Source of the DNA: a bacterium
GTDB taxonomy: Bacteria; Auribacterota; UBA3054
Length of the DNA: 39,123 nucleotides
NCBI GenBank assembly: GCA_017539325.1
Contig: JAFYHD010000115.1
Coordinates: 1 to 39,123 of the forward strand
Direction: 5' to 3'
Below, piece by piece: positions 18,701-27,210 of the stretch. The position numbers were made by a program, and so were the translations under genes. Positions within the stretch are counted from its first letter, which is position 1. Each line of letters starts with the position of its first letter. The notes beneath the pieces were generated by a model that did no database searches, had not been told where the DNA came from, and was given only the letters and a program-made list of their open reading frames with translations.

Positions 18701-19110
18701 ACCTGGTCAAGGACAACAACACCTCGACCATCAACATCTGCTACGTGAACGACGAAAACGAGCTGCAGCCCATGGTTCAGAAGCCCCTCTCCGAAGACTG
18801 GGTCGACTTTAGTTTCACCATGAACACCGACGTTAACGTCGCAATGATAACCGAAGCCTCGCTAGGCGATGAGACAAAGGAAGTCGAAATTCCGCTCGAT
18901 CCCGAATACGACTGGACGGCCATCGACCAGTTCTCCTTCGCCGCCTACGCCTTTGACAACGACAGCTCCTTATCCCAGGCTGTCGCCGCCGACGGGGCTC
19001 AGACCGGATTGCACATCGCCAGGCTGATCATCCATGATCCCGCGGTGCCCGAACCGGCCATCGCTCTCTTCCTGCTCGCTCTGGGAGCCCTCTTCCTTAG
19101 ACGCAAGTAA
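15721..19110 (+). CDS. Repetitive surface protein with PEP-CTERM sorting signal
   Basis: Signal peptide; about 293-aa repeats (beta-sandwich plus Ig/BACON-like linker); C-terminus VPEP + hydrophobic stretch + RRK; GGAG RBS. Confidence 0.85.
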   Translation: MKRLFLLLAAAASVAAMSLMADEEVIWSEDFSTFAAGDLMSAHSNEWATTGPHYIVDDNGNKCVRFYAPDGESLKGLSFIKVPDTTPYCGRYYIRFSCKLKLFKESQVMHGFRTPEDYFMFDMINKHGDGYGVDCDRSYGSLLFTDGRFPHDEWAEYSFLMEITPSAYRLKNMVVNGVTNDFDIAVKTSGSGSIGSRLFFGGWGNPDFYLDDFKLTKVLKEGEPVTSAVVNGNLDLDTDETTITVVNKGGGSFNYKATIAEGYGFASLENAEGTCEGSATVKFKVDRDAMASQYYHVPVTVNGGEAGSVTVYVGVASGLVLMNCDFECYEEGLRLPDQDTLWQSNGPHYVMTDEGSKCMRFYAEEGQSLYNITYNSIPDTTPYTTNYYVKFSCRMKVIEESQVMHGIRNYFMFDAINKLGNAYVVDCHRFYVTEMKLTTGYFPNGKWTDYSFVMDVTPGSYRLRSMTINGVTDDFNLPKGEESGQGSIGNAVYFGGWGAPDIYIDDIQIELVEKEAKPELDVEFNGNIGLEENEAIITIINRGGGTLNYNVTLGDDYAWASLEGAEGSCQGTAEVKLVLNREEMGEEYYRGTIHVDGGEAGSEDINFGVASGHVLYGNDFEMYTVGLPIVAQDGAWTGNEANLIETDTSQYLRLTEYTLNMSVPDTTPYANKYLLRFNCRAKANSFDAQICHGFKNGFMIDAIDKFGDGHYVVDLNRMNGSFMQLTSGSFPQGEWCDYGFLLDLRTGVVAMKSIWINGVTNDFDQAAQNQDGMKLGDFNIYGWGLPDFCIDDMEITLVDRSAYPDPVLPSCVPVSYRDSYEATVINNGGGSAKTTVTVLDYTDFVTVTKPAGNLVTTEKLTFNVSREGLQDGFFYARYRYAYEGIDSEITGAVTGLVSFAVGGWYYGTDFQPPYFREGSLNGQSGWSSSEEIVIEKINGESCLTFTDKSTAFLAASVPNQASFTLQGRVLTETTEESAYIRIGTIDSWGYRPIYLVKDNNTSTINICYVNDENELQPMVQKPLSEDWVDFSFTMNTDVNVAMITEASLGDETKEVEIPLDPEYDWTAIDQFSFAAYAFDNDSSLSQAVAADGAQTGLHIARLIIHDPAVPEPAIALFLLALGALFLRRK
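15787..19040 (+). repeat. Intragenic tandem repeats with about 880-bp period
   Basis: Units start near 15787, 16675, 17557 and 18427; shared motifs PDTTPY, ESQVMHG, NGVTxDF, GGWGxPD, NxGGG and GGEAGS...GVASG. Confidence 0.8.
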
Positions 19111-19128
19111 GCGAAAAAAGCGAACAAC

Positions 19129-19161
19129 AAAAAAAGCGGCCCCAAACGGGGCCGCTTTTTT
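19129..19161. terminator. Bidirectional terminator between convergent genes
   Basis: aaaaaagcggcccc-aaac-ggggccgctttttt. Confidence 0.9.
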
Positions 19162-19168
19162 ATTTTTG

Positions 19169-20125
19169 TCAGGCTTTCAATATTTCCCAGTAGCCTGTTT
19201 TGTTGGAGCCTATGCGCTTGATCTTCGCCTCCAAGGAAAGCTTATTAAGAGCTCTCTGCACAGTCCTGACCGTCTTCTTAATTTTCAATGACAACTGCAT
19301 CCTGGTTTGCTTTGGATCGTCTCTTAAAAGCTTATAGACCTCGGCTTCCGTGGACGGTTTCTTAACCTTGACGCTTGTCAAAACGTCCCTGTAAAACAGG
19401 AAGGAAAAGCCTCCGTATTTAGAGGAGAAGTCTGTTCTTTTACCTTCCTTCTCACAGATCGCGTAAACCTTCCTGAAGCCGCTTCCAAAGGCCTCCACAT
19501 CCTTACTCTTGTAAAGCGTTTGTAATATCACCCTGTTCCTGGGCATCGACTTCAGCTGCTTTTTGGCGAACATTTCCGGCGTGTATTTTTCCGGGAATTC
19601 GCCAGGGTTGTATATTTCTACCCTGGTGGGCGTAATGACTATCTCGTTTTCGCTTTCACCCCGGTAATCGGCGTGAGCGAAGGAATTCACGATTATTTCC
19701 CTCACGGCCTCCACAGGTATCTCCGGCACTTCGACCCTGGAGGTGTCCTTCCCCATGCGCACGCTCCAATTGATGTGTTCCTTGATGTAGGAAAAACCCT
19801 TTTCCATAAGGTTGTAAATATTATCCTCCAGCCGCTCCTTGTTTGAGAAAATTACTCTTAGATCTGTAACATATACAGCAACGTTTAAAGCTATTGGCTT
19901 CCTATTGGAAAAAAGATAGTATCCAGCTTTGGTTAATTTCTTTTCCCTGTATAACCCAAGATCTTCCAACAATAACTCTTCGTCATACACAGACATTTGA
20001 TTCATGCGGCCACAAGATACCGCCCTAAAATAGAAAGCTTTTAGAGCATTGCCGTCAATTGCCTCAATGCCATATTCTGTTAGAGTATTTTCCCAATTGT
20101 CATTCATATTCTCACGCAAAAACAT
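19169..20125 (-). CDS. ATP-binding/RecG-C-terminal-like (HATPase_c_4) protein with C-terminal HTH; probably 5'-truncated
   Basis: AVREIIVNSFAHADY, IYNPG, PRN and EAFGSG motifs; TVRTVQRAL...RIGSNKTGYWEI tail; in-frame stops just upstream; AT-richer than host. Confidence 0.7.
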   Translation of the reverse strand: MFLRENMNDNWENTLTEYGIEAIDGNALKAFYFRAVSCGRMNQMSVYDEELLLEDLGLYREKKLTKAGYYLFSNRKPIALNVAVYVTDLRVIFSNKERLEDNIYNLMEKGFSYIKEHINWSVRMGKDTSRVEVPEIPVEAVREIIVNSFAHADYRGESENEIVITPTRVEIYNPGEFPEKYTPEMFAKKQLKSMPRNRVILQTLYKSKDVEAFGSGFRKVYAICEKEGKRTDFSSKYGGFSFLFYRDVLTSVKVKKPSTEAEVYKLLRDDPKQTRMQLSLKIKKTVRTVQRALNKLSLEAKIKRIGSNKTGYWEILKA

Positions 20126-20172
20126 GTTTGGTTGATATTACTAGATTTCATCATGAAAAGCAAAAGAGTAGA

Positions 20173-20247
20173 ATGCTATTAAATTTAATAGCATATTTAT
20201 AGCGACATTTTATAGTGACATTATTCCCTAATTATGTCACTATAAAA
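20173..20247. promoter_or_regulatory. Cluster of palindrome and repeated motifs, putative operator array
   Basis: Perfect 22-bp palindrome at 20173-20194; TTTATAG(C/T)GACAT at 20196-20208 and 20209-20221; inverted copy at 20234-20247. Confidence 0.55.
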
Positions 20248-20254
20248 CCCAAAT

Positions 20255-20282
20255 AAAAAAGCCCCGGCGTAAGCCGGGGCTT
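20255..20282 (-). terminator. Rho-independent terminator after the SASA gene
   Basis: Plus strand aagccccggc-gtaa-gccggggctt preceded by an A-tract (U-tract on minus). Confidence 0.85.
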
Positions 20283-20304
20283 CTTAAATAAGCGCAAGCA
20301 AAAC

Positions 20305-22449
20305 TTACTTCACGAGGATCGTCAGCCTGCGCACTTTGAATTTGGCAGCGTTGGCCTGGAAGGTGTAGTCCGGATTCTTGCCGGAATTGTTGCCGATGCC
20401 GATATCGCAGGTCACGCCCGGCGTGTTGAAATCGTTGTAGGCCATGACGGTCGACTGATTCGCGGCGTCGTGGATCTGCATTGATCCGTAGTGCCCGTCT
20501 TCCGGCAGCGGCTTATCGTTGAAGTCGTAGTCGTCGTTTGAGCCGCCGATGTCGGGGAATTTCGTAGTAGAGGTGTAGTTGCCTTCCCAGAACTCGATGA
20601 AGCCGCCCTCGGAATCCGTCACTTCCTTAACACCCGGAACGTTGGAACGCACCGTCAGGTTCCCCACTTTCTGCTGCACGACTACGTTGGTGTAAATGGG
20701 AACGCCCAACAAAGTGAGATCGATGACCGGCGTATCCATAATGGCGACGCCCCACATCACCTGGTCTCTCTTGTTCACCAGTTCCATAACGTAGGCCGCC
20801 TTCTTGGGAGCGGACGTAAGCGACCTAAGCTTGTTAACAGAGTAGTTCTCCTCCGTGAACTTTCCCTTGGCCGGCAGATCGGACTGCAGAACGACTTTGA
20901 AGCCCGCCAGTTCAGGAATCTTGAGAGCGTCGCCAAGCTTCGCCTCGTCCTTTAAGACCACGCCGTTGTCCACCTCAAATGGCGGGACCGGCAGTCCGGA
21001 GACGCCGCTGTAAAGCGAGCCGAAGAACGGCGCGGTCGCCAGATACCTTATGCTCCTGGGTTTCGGTACGTCAGCGGAAGCGACTATGAGCTTCTCCCCT
21101 TTCAGACGTCCGTGGTGACGGTCTTCTTCGTTCTTTACTTCCGCCGGGAAATACCTTCCATCGTCGCCGGCCACTTCGAAGCCTTTGGGCTTGGAGTTGT
21201 CGTCGGTGTAATAGTACCAGGTGTTGGTCTCCTGGAAGGTCAGGATAAACGCTCCGTCCTTGATCTCATAATCTGTAAGATAAGGCGCTTCTGAAACGAT
21301 GCCCGGAAAGCCGTAAACATCCTTCAGAGCGTGCAGCGCCAGTCTGCGCGCCACCATCTCTTTCTTGTTGGGATGTATGTCGTGCATATTGCCCACGTCG
21401 CAGGTCGGAACGAAGGCCGCGTTCTTCTCCTCGCGGGCAAATTTGGCCTGCGCCAGCTCCAGTTCATAGAAGCTCTGCCAGTAGGGCGCCAGCTGCACGA
21501 AATACAGTTTGAAATCGGGATTCTTGAATTCCTTCGCCCAGCCGTCATAGAGAGCGTGCATCTTGTCGCAGTAGATCTCCGCTTCTCCAGCGTTATTGCA
21601 GCCCTGATACCAGATGAAGCCTCTTGAAGCGAAAGGCACGAAAGGCGCCACCATGCCGTTCCACAACACCGTCGGCTGCTGCATGTACCAGGAGATCACG
21701 CCTCTGGCCATGCTCGGATCCCACTTGTTGGTCACCGGGTACTCCGCGGTCTCACGAAGCTCCGGATGATTCTCATATCCCGACCTCGGCGTCCAGGCGT
21801 CGATGTTGGTGCCGCCCCAGCTGGCGTCTATCACGCCGATTGGCACGCGAAGGCTAGAAAACAGCTGCAGCGCGTAATAAAATCCCACCGCCGACAGCGA
21901 CCTTTCATTTTTGTTCGCTTCTTTGTGCTTTTCGAATTCTTCCGGCGTAAACAGGTACCAGGTCGCCGGTATGAAAGACCTAGGATAAGCGTCATGTCCC
22001 CTGTTGACCTTTATGAAGCGCAAATAAGGGTTCCTCGTCATCGCCAAAACCAGCTTTCCCGCAGCGTCCCTGAACCGAGGATCTTGATCCCATACGGGGC
22101 ATTCCATGTTGCTCTGCCCTGAAGCGAACCACACTTCGCCCACCAACACGTCTTCGACAGTTAAGGTGTCTCCGCCTTTCTCGCTGACCGTCATAGTCCG
22201 GCTTTCAAAGGAAGCCTCCATAGGCTCGAGCTGAACAGACCAGTCACCGTTCTCGTCCGCCTTCCCGGTGACCTTCTGCCCGGCGAACGACACAGTTACC
22301 TCACTTCCAGGCGTTGCCTTGCCCCACACCGGGACCGCGACTTCACGCTGCAAGACCGCGTGATTGCAGAAAGGCGTGGCCAGCTTAAGCTCAGCCAAAC
22401 AAGGCACTGCCAGCAGCGCAACAAAGAACAACACAAAACATTTTTTCAT
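20305..22449 (-). CDS. Secreted sialate O-acetylesterase (SASA/SGNH family) with extra C-terminal domain
   Basis: Start re-called at MKKCFV (22449); GEVWFASGQSNM, WGGT, WYQGCNN, VQLA and DIHP motifs. Confidence 0.85.
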   Translation of the reverse strand: MKKCFVLFFVALLAVPCLAELKLATPFCNHAVLQREVAVPVWGKATPGSEVTVSFAGQKVTGKADENGDWSVQLEPMEASFESRTMTVSEKGGDTLTVEDVLVGEVWFASGQSNMECPVWDQDPRFRDAAGKLVLAMTRNPYLRFIKVNRGHDAYPRSFIPATWYLFTPEEFEKHKEANKNERSLSAVGFYYALQLFSSLRVPIGVIDASWGGTNIDAWTPRSGYENHPELRETAEYPVTNKWDPSMARGVISWYMQQPTVLWNGMVAPFVPFASRGFIWYQGCNNAGEAEIYCDKMHALYDGWAKEFKNPDFKLYFVQLAPYWQSFYELELAQAKFAREEKNAAFVPTCDVGNMHDIHPNKKEMVARRLALHALKDVYGFPGIVSEAPYLTDYEIKDGAFILTFQETNTWYYYTDDNSKPKGFEVAGDDGRYFPAEVKNEEDRHHGRLKGEKLIVASADVPKPRSIRYLATAPFFGSLYSGVSGLPVPPFEVDNGVVLKDEAKLGDALKIPELAGFKVVLQSDLPAKGKFTEENYSVNKLRSLTSAPKKAAYVMELVNKRDQVMWGVAIMDTPVIDLTLLGVPIYTNVVVQQKVGNLTVRSNVPGVKEVTDSEGGFIEFWEGNYTSTTKFPDIGGSNDDYDFNDKPLPEDGHYGSMQIHDAANQSTVMAYNDFNTPGVTCDIGIGNNSGKNPDYTFQANAAKFKVRRLTILVK

Positions 22450-22561
22450 ACCAATTTCCTCTTGGGTGAAGTTTAAATAACCAACCATATTTTATCACTA
22501 CTTCCCCCAAAATCCTATACCAAAATAAAACAGCTTCACCTTCAAAAAGTCTCGTGTTTTC

Positions 22562-22592
22562 AGTTATCTTCAGCAGCTTGCTGAAGATAACT
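22562..22592. repeat. Perfect 14-bp inverted repeat
   Basis: agttatcttcagca-gct-tgctgaagataact. Confidence 0.7.
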
Positions 22593-22752
22593 TGCTTTTA
22601 GTTTATATTGCGCTATTATAATAAGTTAACTTAAACAGAGGTGCAAATTTAATTAATTTTTCAAACATTTTTGCTGTCGCTTTTGTATCGCACAACCATC
22701 AAAAAACGATTAAATTTTTTTAAAACCCTCACTAACAAATAAACAAATAAAG

Positions 22753-22777
22753 AAAAAGCCCAGCGAATGCCAGGCTT
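22753..22777 (-). terminator. Terminator after the island membrane ORF
   Basis: Minus strand aagcctggc-attc-gctgggctt (two G-U pairs) followed by T residues. Confidence 0.6.
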
Positions 22778-22806
22778 AATTATGAAGAAAAGAAGAACCA
22801 ATTTTT

Positions 22807-23202
22807 TTATGAATTGTCGTGATTTGTATTCTCATGATCCGCATCATTACGAGTGATGTTTTCTTGAGATTGTTCCCTTTTTTTACAGCAAATTACTCCA
22901 ACACTTTTTACTGCAAAATAAGTTGCAACGCTCATACCAAGAATAACACATATAGCATAGTTTAATCTCCCTCTTTTTGTGTAAAATGGGAAAACATATG
23001 TTGGGTAATATGATTCCTGTGATTTTCCCAAAGAAAAAGATTTTTGGGTGTGTGAATCATATATTGATTTTGCTTGCGTTACTCGAACCAAATAAATGCC
23101 AGGATTATTTGCAAGATTTATGCTAACAGTGCATAAAAACGAGCACAATACCGAGGTAATAACAACTGCCGAACAAATAATAAAGAGATTTTTTATTTTC
23201 AT
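22807..23202 (-). CDS. Hypothetical membrane protein with two hydrophobic segments
   Basis: GAGAGGGG RBS; hydrophobic N-terminus and YAICVILGMSVATYFAV segment; AT-rich. Confidence 0.55.
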   Translation of the reverse strand: MKIKNLFIICSAVVITSVLCSFLCTVSINLANNPGIYLVRVTQAKSIYDSHTQKSFSLGKSQESYYPTYVFPFYTKRGRLNYAICVILGMSVATYFAVKSVGVICCKKREQSQENITRNDADHENTNHDNS

Positions 23203-23260
23203 AGTTCCCCTCTCACATTATAATTAGTTATATTTTCATTATGGTTAAAAACAATTGATT

Positions 23261-25048
23261 TTATTGCTCATTTTCCTCATATAATGGCGATTCCTCTGCA
23301 ACCATTAGTGCATCAAACTGTGTATTACAATACCCACTATTTGCCTCAATAGGGCAAACAATTTTACCACCATAGGCATATTCGGAAACAATATTATTAA
23401 TTTTTACTTTCCACTCTGGCGCTGTCAAATTACGTCTTGAATCTGAGCATGCCAAAATCAAATCTATAAGAATCTTTGGTGAAATGTTGCCGCTTTCAAA
23501 CATTTGTCTGAATAAAAGATTAAATTGGTTCAATGTCAATGGCACTATTCGAAGATCAATACGCGTGTCATCTTTAAGATACCATATGCCCGTCTTAAAA
23601 GTCTCTGCCGTATTTGTATCAATAGAATTTGCAACAAATAAACCATATACCGGTTTATCATACGCCTCAATTAAATCAGCCACATGACGGCGAACTGGTT
23701 CACCCTCCATAGCTTCCTGACGTGAACTACTTGACAATGTAACTTCTCCGCAAATAACGCAATCATCAAATTCAGCAACAAGATCAGCCTTGCCACCCCC
23801 AGCTGTGTTAACTGGGAAAAAGTCTTGATCAATATTGAATGACCGAACTTGATATGGTTTATTTGCCAAATGATCAATAGCAAGAAACGATCGCCAAATA
23901 ACCCATTCTAAATATGCAGCAGCCTCATCTTTAGGAACAACAATTTCACTACCGTCATCATAGGTCTTGCTACCACCCCTATGCATGACAAGCTCCATAT
24001 AATCAGTTATTTCTTCCCACTTGTTACGTTGCTCATCCGCATATTTGATTTCATTGTTTATATCCAAAAGGCTCTGAAGGCTCATTCTAGCATTATTTAT
24101 ATCGGCCACAGTATCCAATTTGTATTGAGAAATATCATAGATAATTCCTCTGCTCTTCAGTAAAGTGGTCAAACTAATAAGTGCATCACGAGCACCTTCA
24201 ATGCTATCTGTTGGCAAAGGCGGAATGTTGTAAAGCAAACGAAGACGTTCCAACAAAGTTTGATTCGAAAATTGTTCAGATGCTAGTGTTACCGCTAAGG
24301 AATGATGTTCTGGAACAATTGCAATTCCACGTCCTTTCCTTTGAAATATACCAGATGCACGAAGATACCTTATATTCATATCTCCATACTCTTTGTAATT
24401 CTCAGCCTTATAACCATATCCCTGCTTAATTTTAGCCTCAGCATATGCTTTACGATCGAAAATTTTCTTAGCAGAAGATTTTTCCTTTTGCTCGCGCAGA
24501 GCAAGAAGATTTGACACAATAAGTTCAACCCGTGCCGTTGGGTCTGATGTCTGTATAAAAATTGCAAATTCGTTAAAATTAACAGAAGCAGAGCCTGTCC
24601 GCCTCTCCACTTCCAAAAGCACTTTCAACGTCCATCTGAGAGGTGAGAAAAAGTTGCCATCCCCTGCCTCAAACATGTGAACAGACATAGCCCTTAAAAA
24701 GCACTCTTGCACAGCAGAAAATGTATCGGCACTAATAAGCGCCTTCCCCAAAGGCGTTATACTGTCTGCATCGCCAATATTCTCTTGATTAAAACCCCAA
24801 TTGTTTTTAACTTGTGCAACCGTATAACCAAAAATATTCCATGCGAACCGCCACTTTCTGCCATATGTGCCATCAGGATCATTTTTGTTGCTGAGAATGC
24901 CTTCTTTTGCAAGATAATTGCCTAATTCTATTTCTTTTTCTCGGGAACGTATATTCCCAATCAATGTAGATCGCGAATAAGCTTTCAAGCCATCCTGAAT
25001 TCTTAATGGGTTTCTAACTCCCGTGTTCGACAAGCGCCAAATATCCAT
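23261..25048 (-). CDS. AlwI-family Type IIS restriction endonuclease
   Basis: NTGVRNPLRI N-terminus; YLEW, AGGGKADL...EVTL, QEAMEGEPVRRH as in the AlwI/Nt.BspD6I family; adjacent to an MTase. Confidence 0.85.
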   Translation of the reverse strand: MDIWRLSNTGVRNPLRIQDGLKAYSRSTLIGNIRSREKEIELGNYLAKEGILSNKNDPDGTYGRKWRFAWNIFGYTVAQVKNNWGFNQENIGDADSITPLGKALISADTFSAVQECFLRAMSVHMFEAGDGNFFSPLRWTLKVLLEVERRTGSASVNFNEFAIFIQTSDPTARVELIVSNLLALREQKEKSSAKKIFDRKAYAEAKIKQGYGYKAENYKEYGDMNIRYLRASGIFQRKGRGIAIVPEHHSLAVTLASEQFSNQTLLERLRLLYNIPPLPTDSIEGARDALISLTTLLKSRGIIYDISQYKLDTVADINNARMSLQSLLDINNEIKYADEQRNKWEEITDYMELVMHRGGSKTYDDGSEIVVPKDEAAAYLEWVIWRSFLAIDHLANKPYQVRSFNIDQDFFPVNTAGGGKADLVAEFDDCVICGEVTLSSSSRQEAMEGEPVRRHVADLIEAYDKPVYGLFVANSIDTNTAETFKTGIWYLKDDTRIDLRIVPLTLNQFNLLFRQMFESGNISPKILIDLILACSDSRRNLTAPEWKVKINNIVSEYAYGGKIVCPIEANSGYCNTQFDALMVAEESPLYEENEQ

Positions 25049-25051
25049 TTT

Positions 25052-26965
25052 TTACTTTCTCCGAATGTGAACATCGTCATAACCGACAAAAAGAAATTCC
25101 TGCACTCGATTCCTATGTGAAACTGCTCCATTTTGATTGCCAAACGAATACGTATAATCAATAGGAACTACTTCAACATGCTGCTTATACTTTGACATAA
25201 TTGCAACCATCTCATCTTGTGATGGTAAGCTATTCGATGAATAAGATACAATTAACACACATTTTGCGTATTTCTTAAAAAGGGCATCAAATGCAGTTGC
25301 CGCTCCGTCTTTAGTTGAAAAAGGGGTGGGATAATTCTTGATTTTTTTTGTCTGTGTGTTCTCCTGAATTTCAACCCCTTCCCAATTCCTTGCAAGGCCT
25401 TCAACAAAATGATATCTACGCACATATTCATTATCTGAAAAAGGTGAATAGTATGGAGGATCGATATAGACGAGGTCGCCCTTTGAACGTAGTTCAAAAA
25501 CATCACCACAGACAGCACGATTTTTCTTTCCATTGCTAAAGACAGCTGCATTTACAACAGCCACATTATCAAGAAATTGCTGCCTAAACGAAAGTTTCAA
25601 ATCTTTTCTACCATCATCATACTTCCCAAGACCTACGTATGTGAACAAACCCCTGGGCCTTTTTTTCATGCATGCACGTATAAGAGCTGACATAGCTATT
25701 GCCCGTTTTAAAGGATTTGTCATACGACTAATATTTCCACGTACAATATCAATAAAATCGTTTTCTTCGTCAGTAAAATATAAATTCCTAAATGTTTTAG
25801 AGACAAAATGGTTTATTTTTCCCTTTTTGACCATGAGTTCCAGTGCTTCCGCCTCTGACAAACGAATGCTATTATTCTCAATCATAGCCTTACTGAAAGT
25901 ATATGACATATGCATATAATCATTGCTAGTCACACGCAAGCCATGTGATTTCAGCATATAGCCAACAATTCCGGACCCTGAAAACAAATCTATAGCAGAA
26001 TTAAATTCAAAACGCTGTGCTTGTGCCCAAATTTCATCAAGTAATTTTCTTTTTGAGCCCATGAAACGTGTTGGCGGGTACTTGGTAATCTGTGCAGAAG
26101 CGTTTCCGGTAGAAGGCACCGAAAAAGGTGTTATGGATACAATTACATCTTCACCATTACGTGTGTCAACTTTACTTGAAATATACCGCTTGGTCTGTAT
26201 TACCTTTATTGGGTATTTCCCATACAATTCCTTAACAAGTTGAGCATTTGAATTTGTCAAAATCATGCTAACGCCATTTAATCGTAGAGTATCTACTAAT
26301 TCTGCAAGTTCGCGTTGATCTTTTTCATAAAACTGCTCTTTAGTATAACGTTTAAAATCAGCATACTCAGATATAGGAACATATGGTGGGTCTAGAAAAA
26401 CAAAATCTCCAGACCTGGCATATTTCATCAAAACTTGCTTATAATCTTCGCATAGAATAGTCGCATTAGCAAGTATTGATGATGCTGCACGTAATCCATC
26501 AGCATCACAAATATTCGGATTCTTATAGCGTCCAAAAGGACAATTAAACTCACCTTTTCGATTAACACGGTATAGACCATTAAAACATGTTTTATTCAGA
26601 TAAATCGTTCTCGCAGCAGCTTCAGCTGATGGCAAGGTTGTCCAATCTTGATTTCTGACATTGTAAAACATCTCTGATGTGTTTTCATAAGAACGAAGAT
26701 AATCAATAACTTCTTCAACGTTCTGAGACACCTGAACATAGCAATTGATAAGTTCTGGATTGCTATCTGCAATAACAGCTTTTTTAGGTTTGATAGCAAA
26801 GAAAAGCGCTCCGCCACCGAAAAATGGCTCTATATAAGTATTATATTTCCCTGGTATCATAGGAATAATATCATCAAGCAATTGGGATTTTCCACCCGCC
26901 CATTTTAAAATCGGCTTTACCCGGTTATATATAATATCCTCTACAGATAATTTTTCATCAGACAT
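25052..26965 (-). CDS. Fused double N6-adenine DNA methyltransferase (two Dam/D12-class domains)
   Basis: Domain 1: KWAGGK, EPFFGGG, FNGLYRVN, DPPY; domain 2: RFMGSK, DLFSGSG, DPPY. Confidence 0.92.
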   Translation of the reverse strand: MSDEKLSVEDIIYNRVKPILKWAGGKSQLLDDIIPMIPGKYNTYIEPFFGGGALFFAIKPKKAVIADSNPELINCYVQVSQNVEEVIDYLRSYENTSEMFYNVRNQDWTTLPSAEAAARTIYLNKTCFNGLYRVNRKGEFNCPFGRYKNPNICDADGLRAASSILANATILCEDYKQVLMKYARSGDFVFLDPPYVPISEYADFKRYTKEQFYEKDQRELAELVDTLRLNGVSMILTNSNAQLVKELYGKYPIKVIQTKRYISSKVDTRNGEDVIVSITPFSVPSTGNASAQITKYPPTRFMGSKRKLLDEIWAQAQRFEFNSAIDLFSGSGIVGYMLKSHGLRVTSNDYMHMSYTFSKAMIENNSIRLSEAEALELMVKKGKINHFVSKTFRNLYFTDEENDFIDIVRGNISRMTNPLKRAIAMSALIRACMKKRPRGLFTYVGLGKYDDGRKDLKLSFRQQFLDNVAVVNAAVFSNGKKNRAVCGDVFELRSKGDLVYIDPPYYSPFSDNEYVRRYHFVEGLARNWEGVEIQENTQTKKIKNYPTPFSTKDGAATAFDALFKKYAKCVLIVSYSSNSLPSQDEMVAIMSKYKQHVEVVPIDYTYSFGNQNGAVSHRNRVQEFLFVGYDDVHIRRK

Positions 26966-26971
26966 AAACTT

Positions 26972-27160
26972 TTACCTTTTACCGTTTTTCATTTTAATCT
27001 GCTTATTTGCTTCCCTTTCATCGAAAAACATAGACACAATTCGTTCAAACGCCATTGTCTTTGTTTGCCCAACTTCATCACAATAAGCATTAAATTTTCG
27101 CATCAAGTCAGCATCGACCTTCATGTGGAGTGATATATAGTCTTTTCTTTGCCTTGCCAT
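26972..27160 (-). CDS. Small ribbon-helix-helix-like regulator heading the R-M operon
   Basis: 62 aa, basic; alternating strand ISLHMKVD followed by two predicted helices joined at GQTK; AGGAAG RBS. Confidence 0.6.
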   Translation of the reverse strand: MARQRKDYISLHMKVDADLMRKFNAYCDEVGQTKTMAFERIVSMFFDEREANKQIKMKNGKR

Positions 27161-27210
27161 AACTTGCTTCCTAATTCGTATGAAAAAAATGTTATATCTA
27201 GTAGTTCATT

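Noticed and set aside
22607-22631. dif-like sequence attgcgctatt-ata-ataagttaact
   Set aside because: Arms match XerC/XerD sites poorly and the central spacer is 3 bp rather than 6
22807-23202. Possible small catalytic subunit of a BspD6I/BstNBI-like heterodimer
   Set aside because: Hydrophobic protein with no nuclease motif
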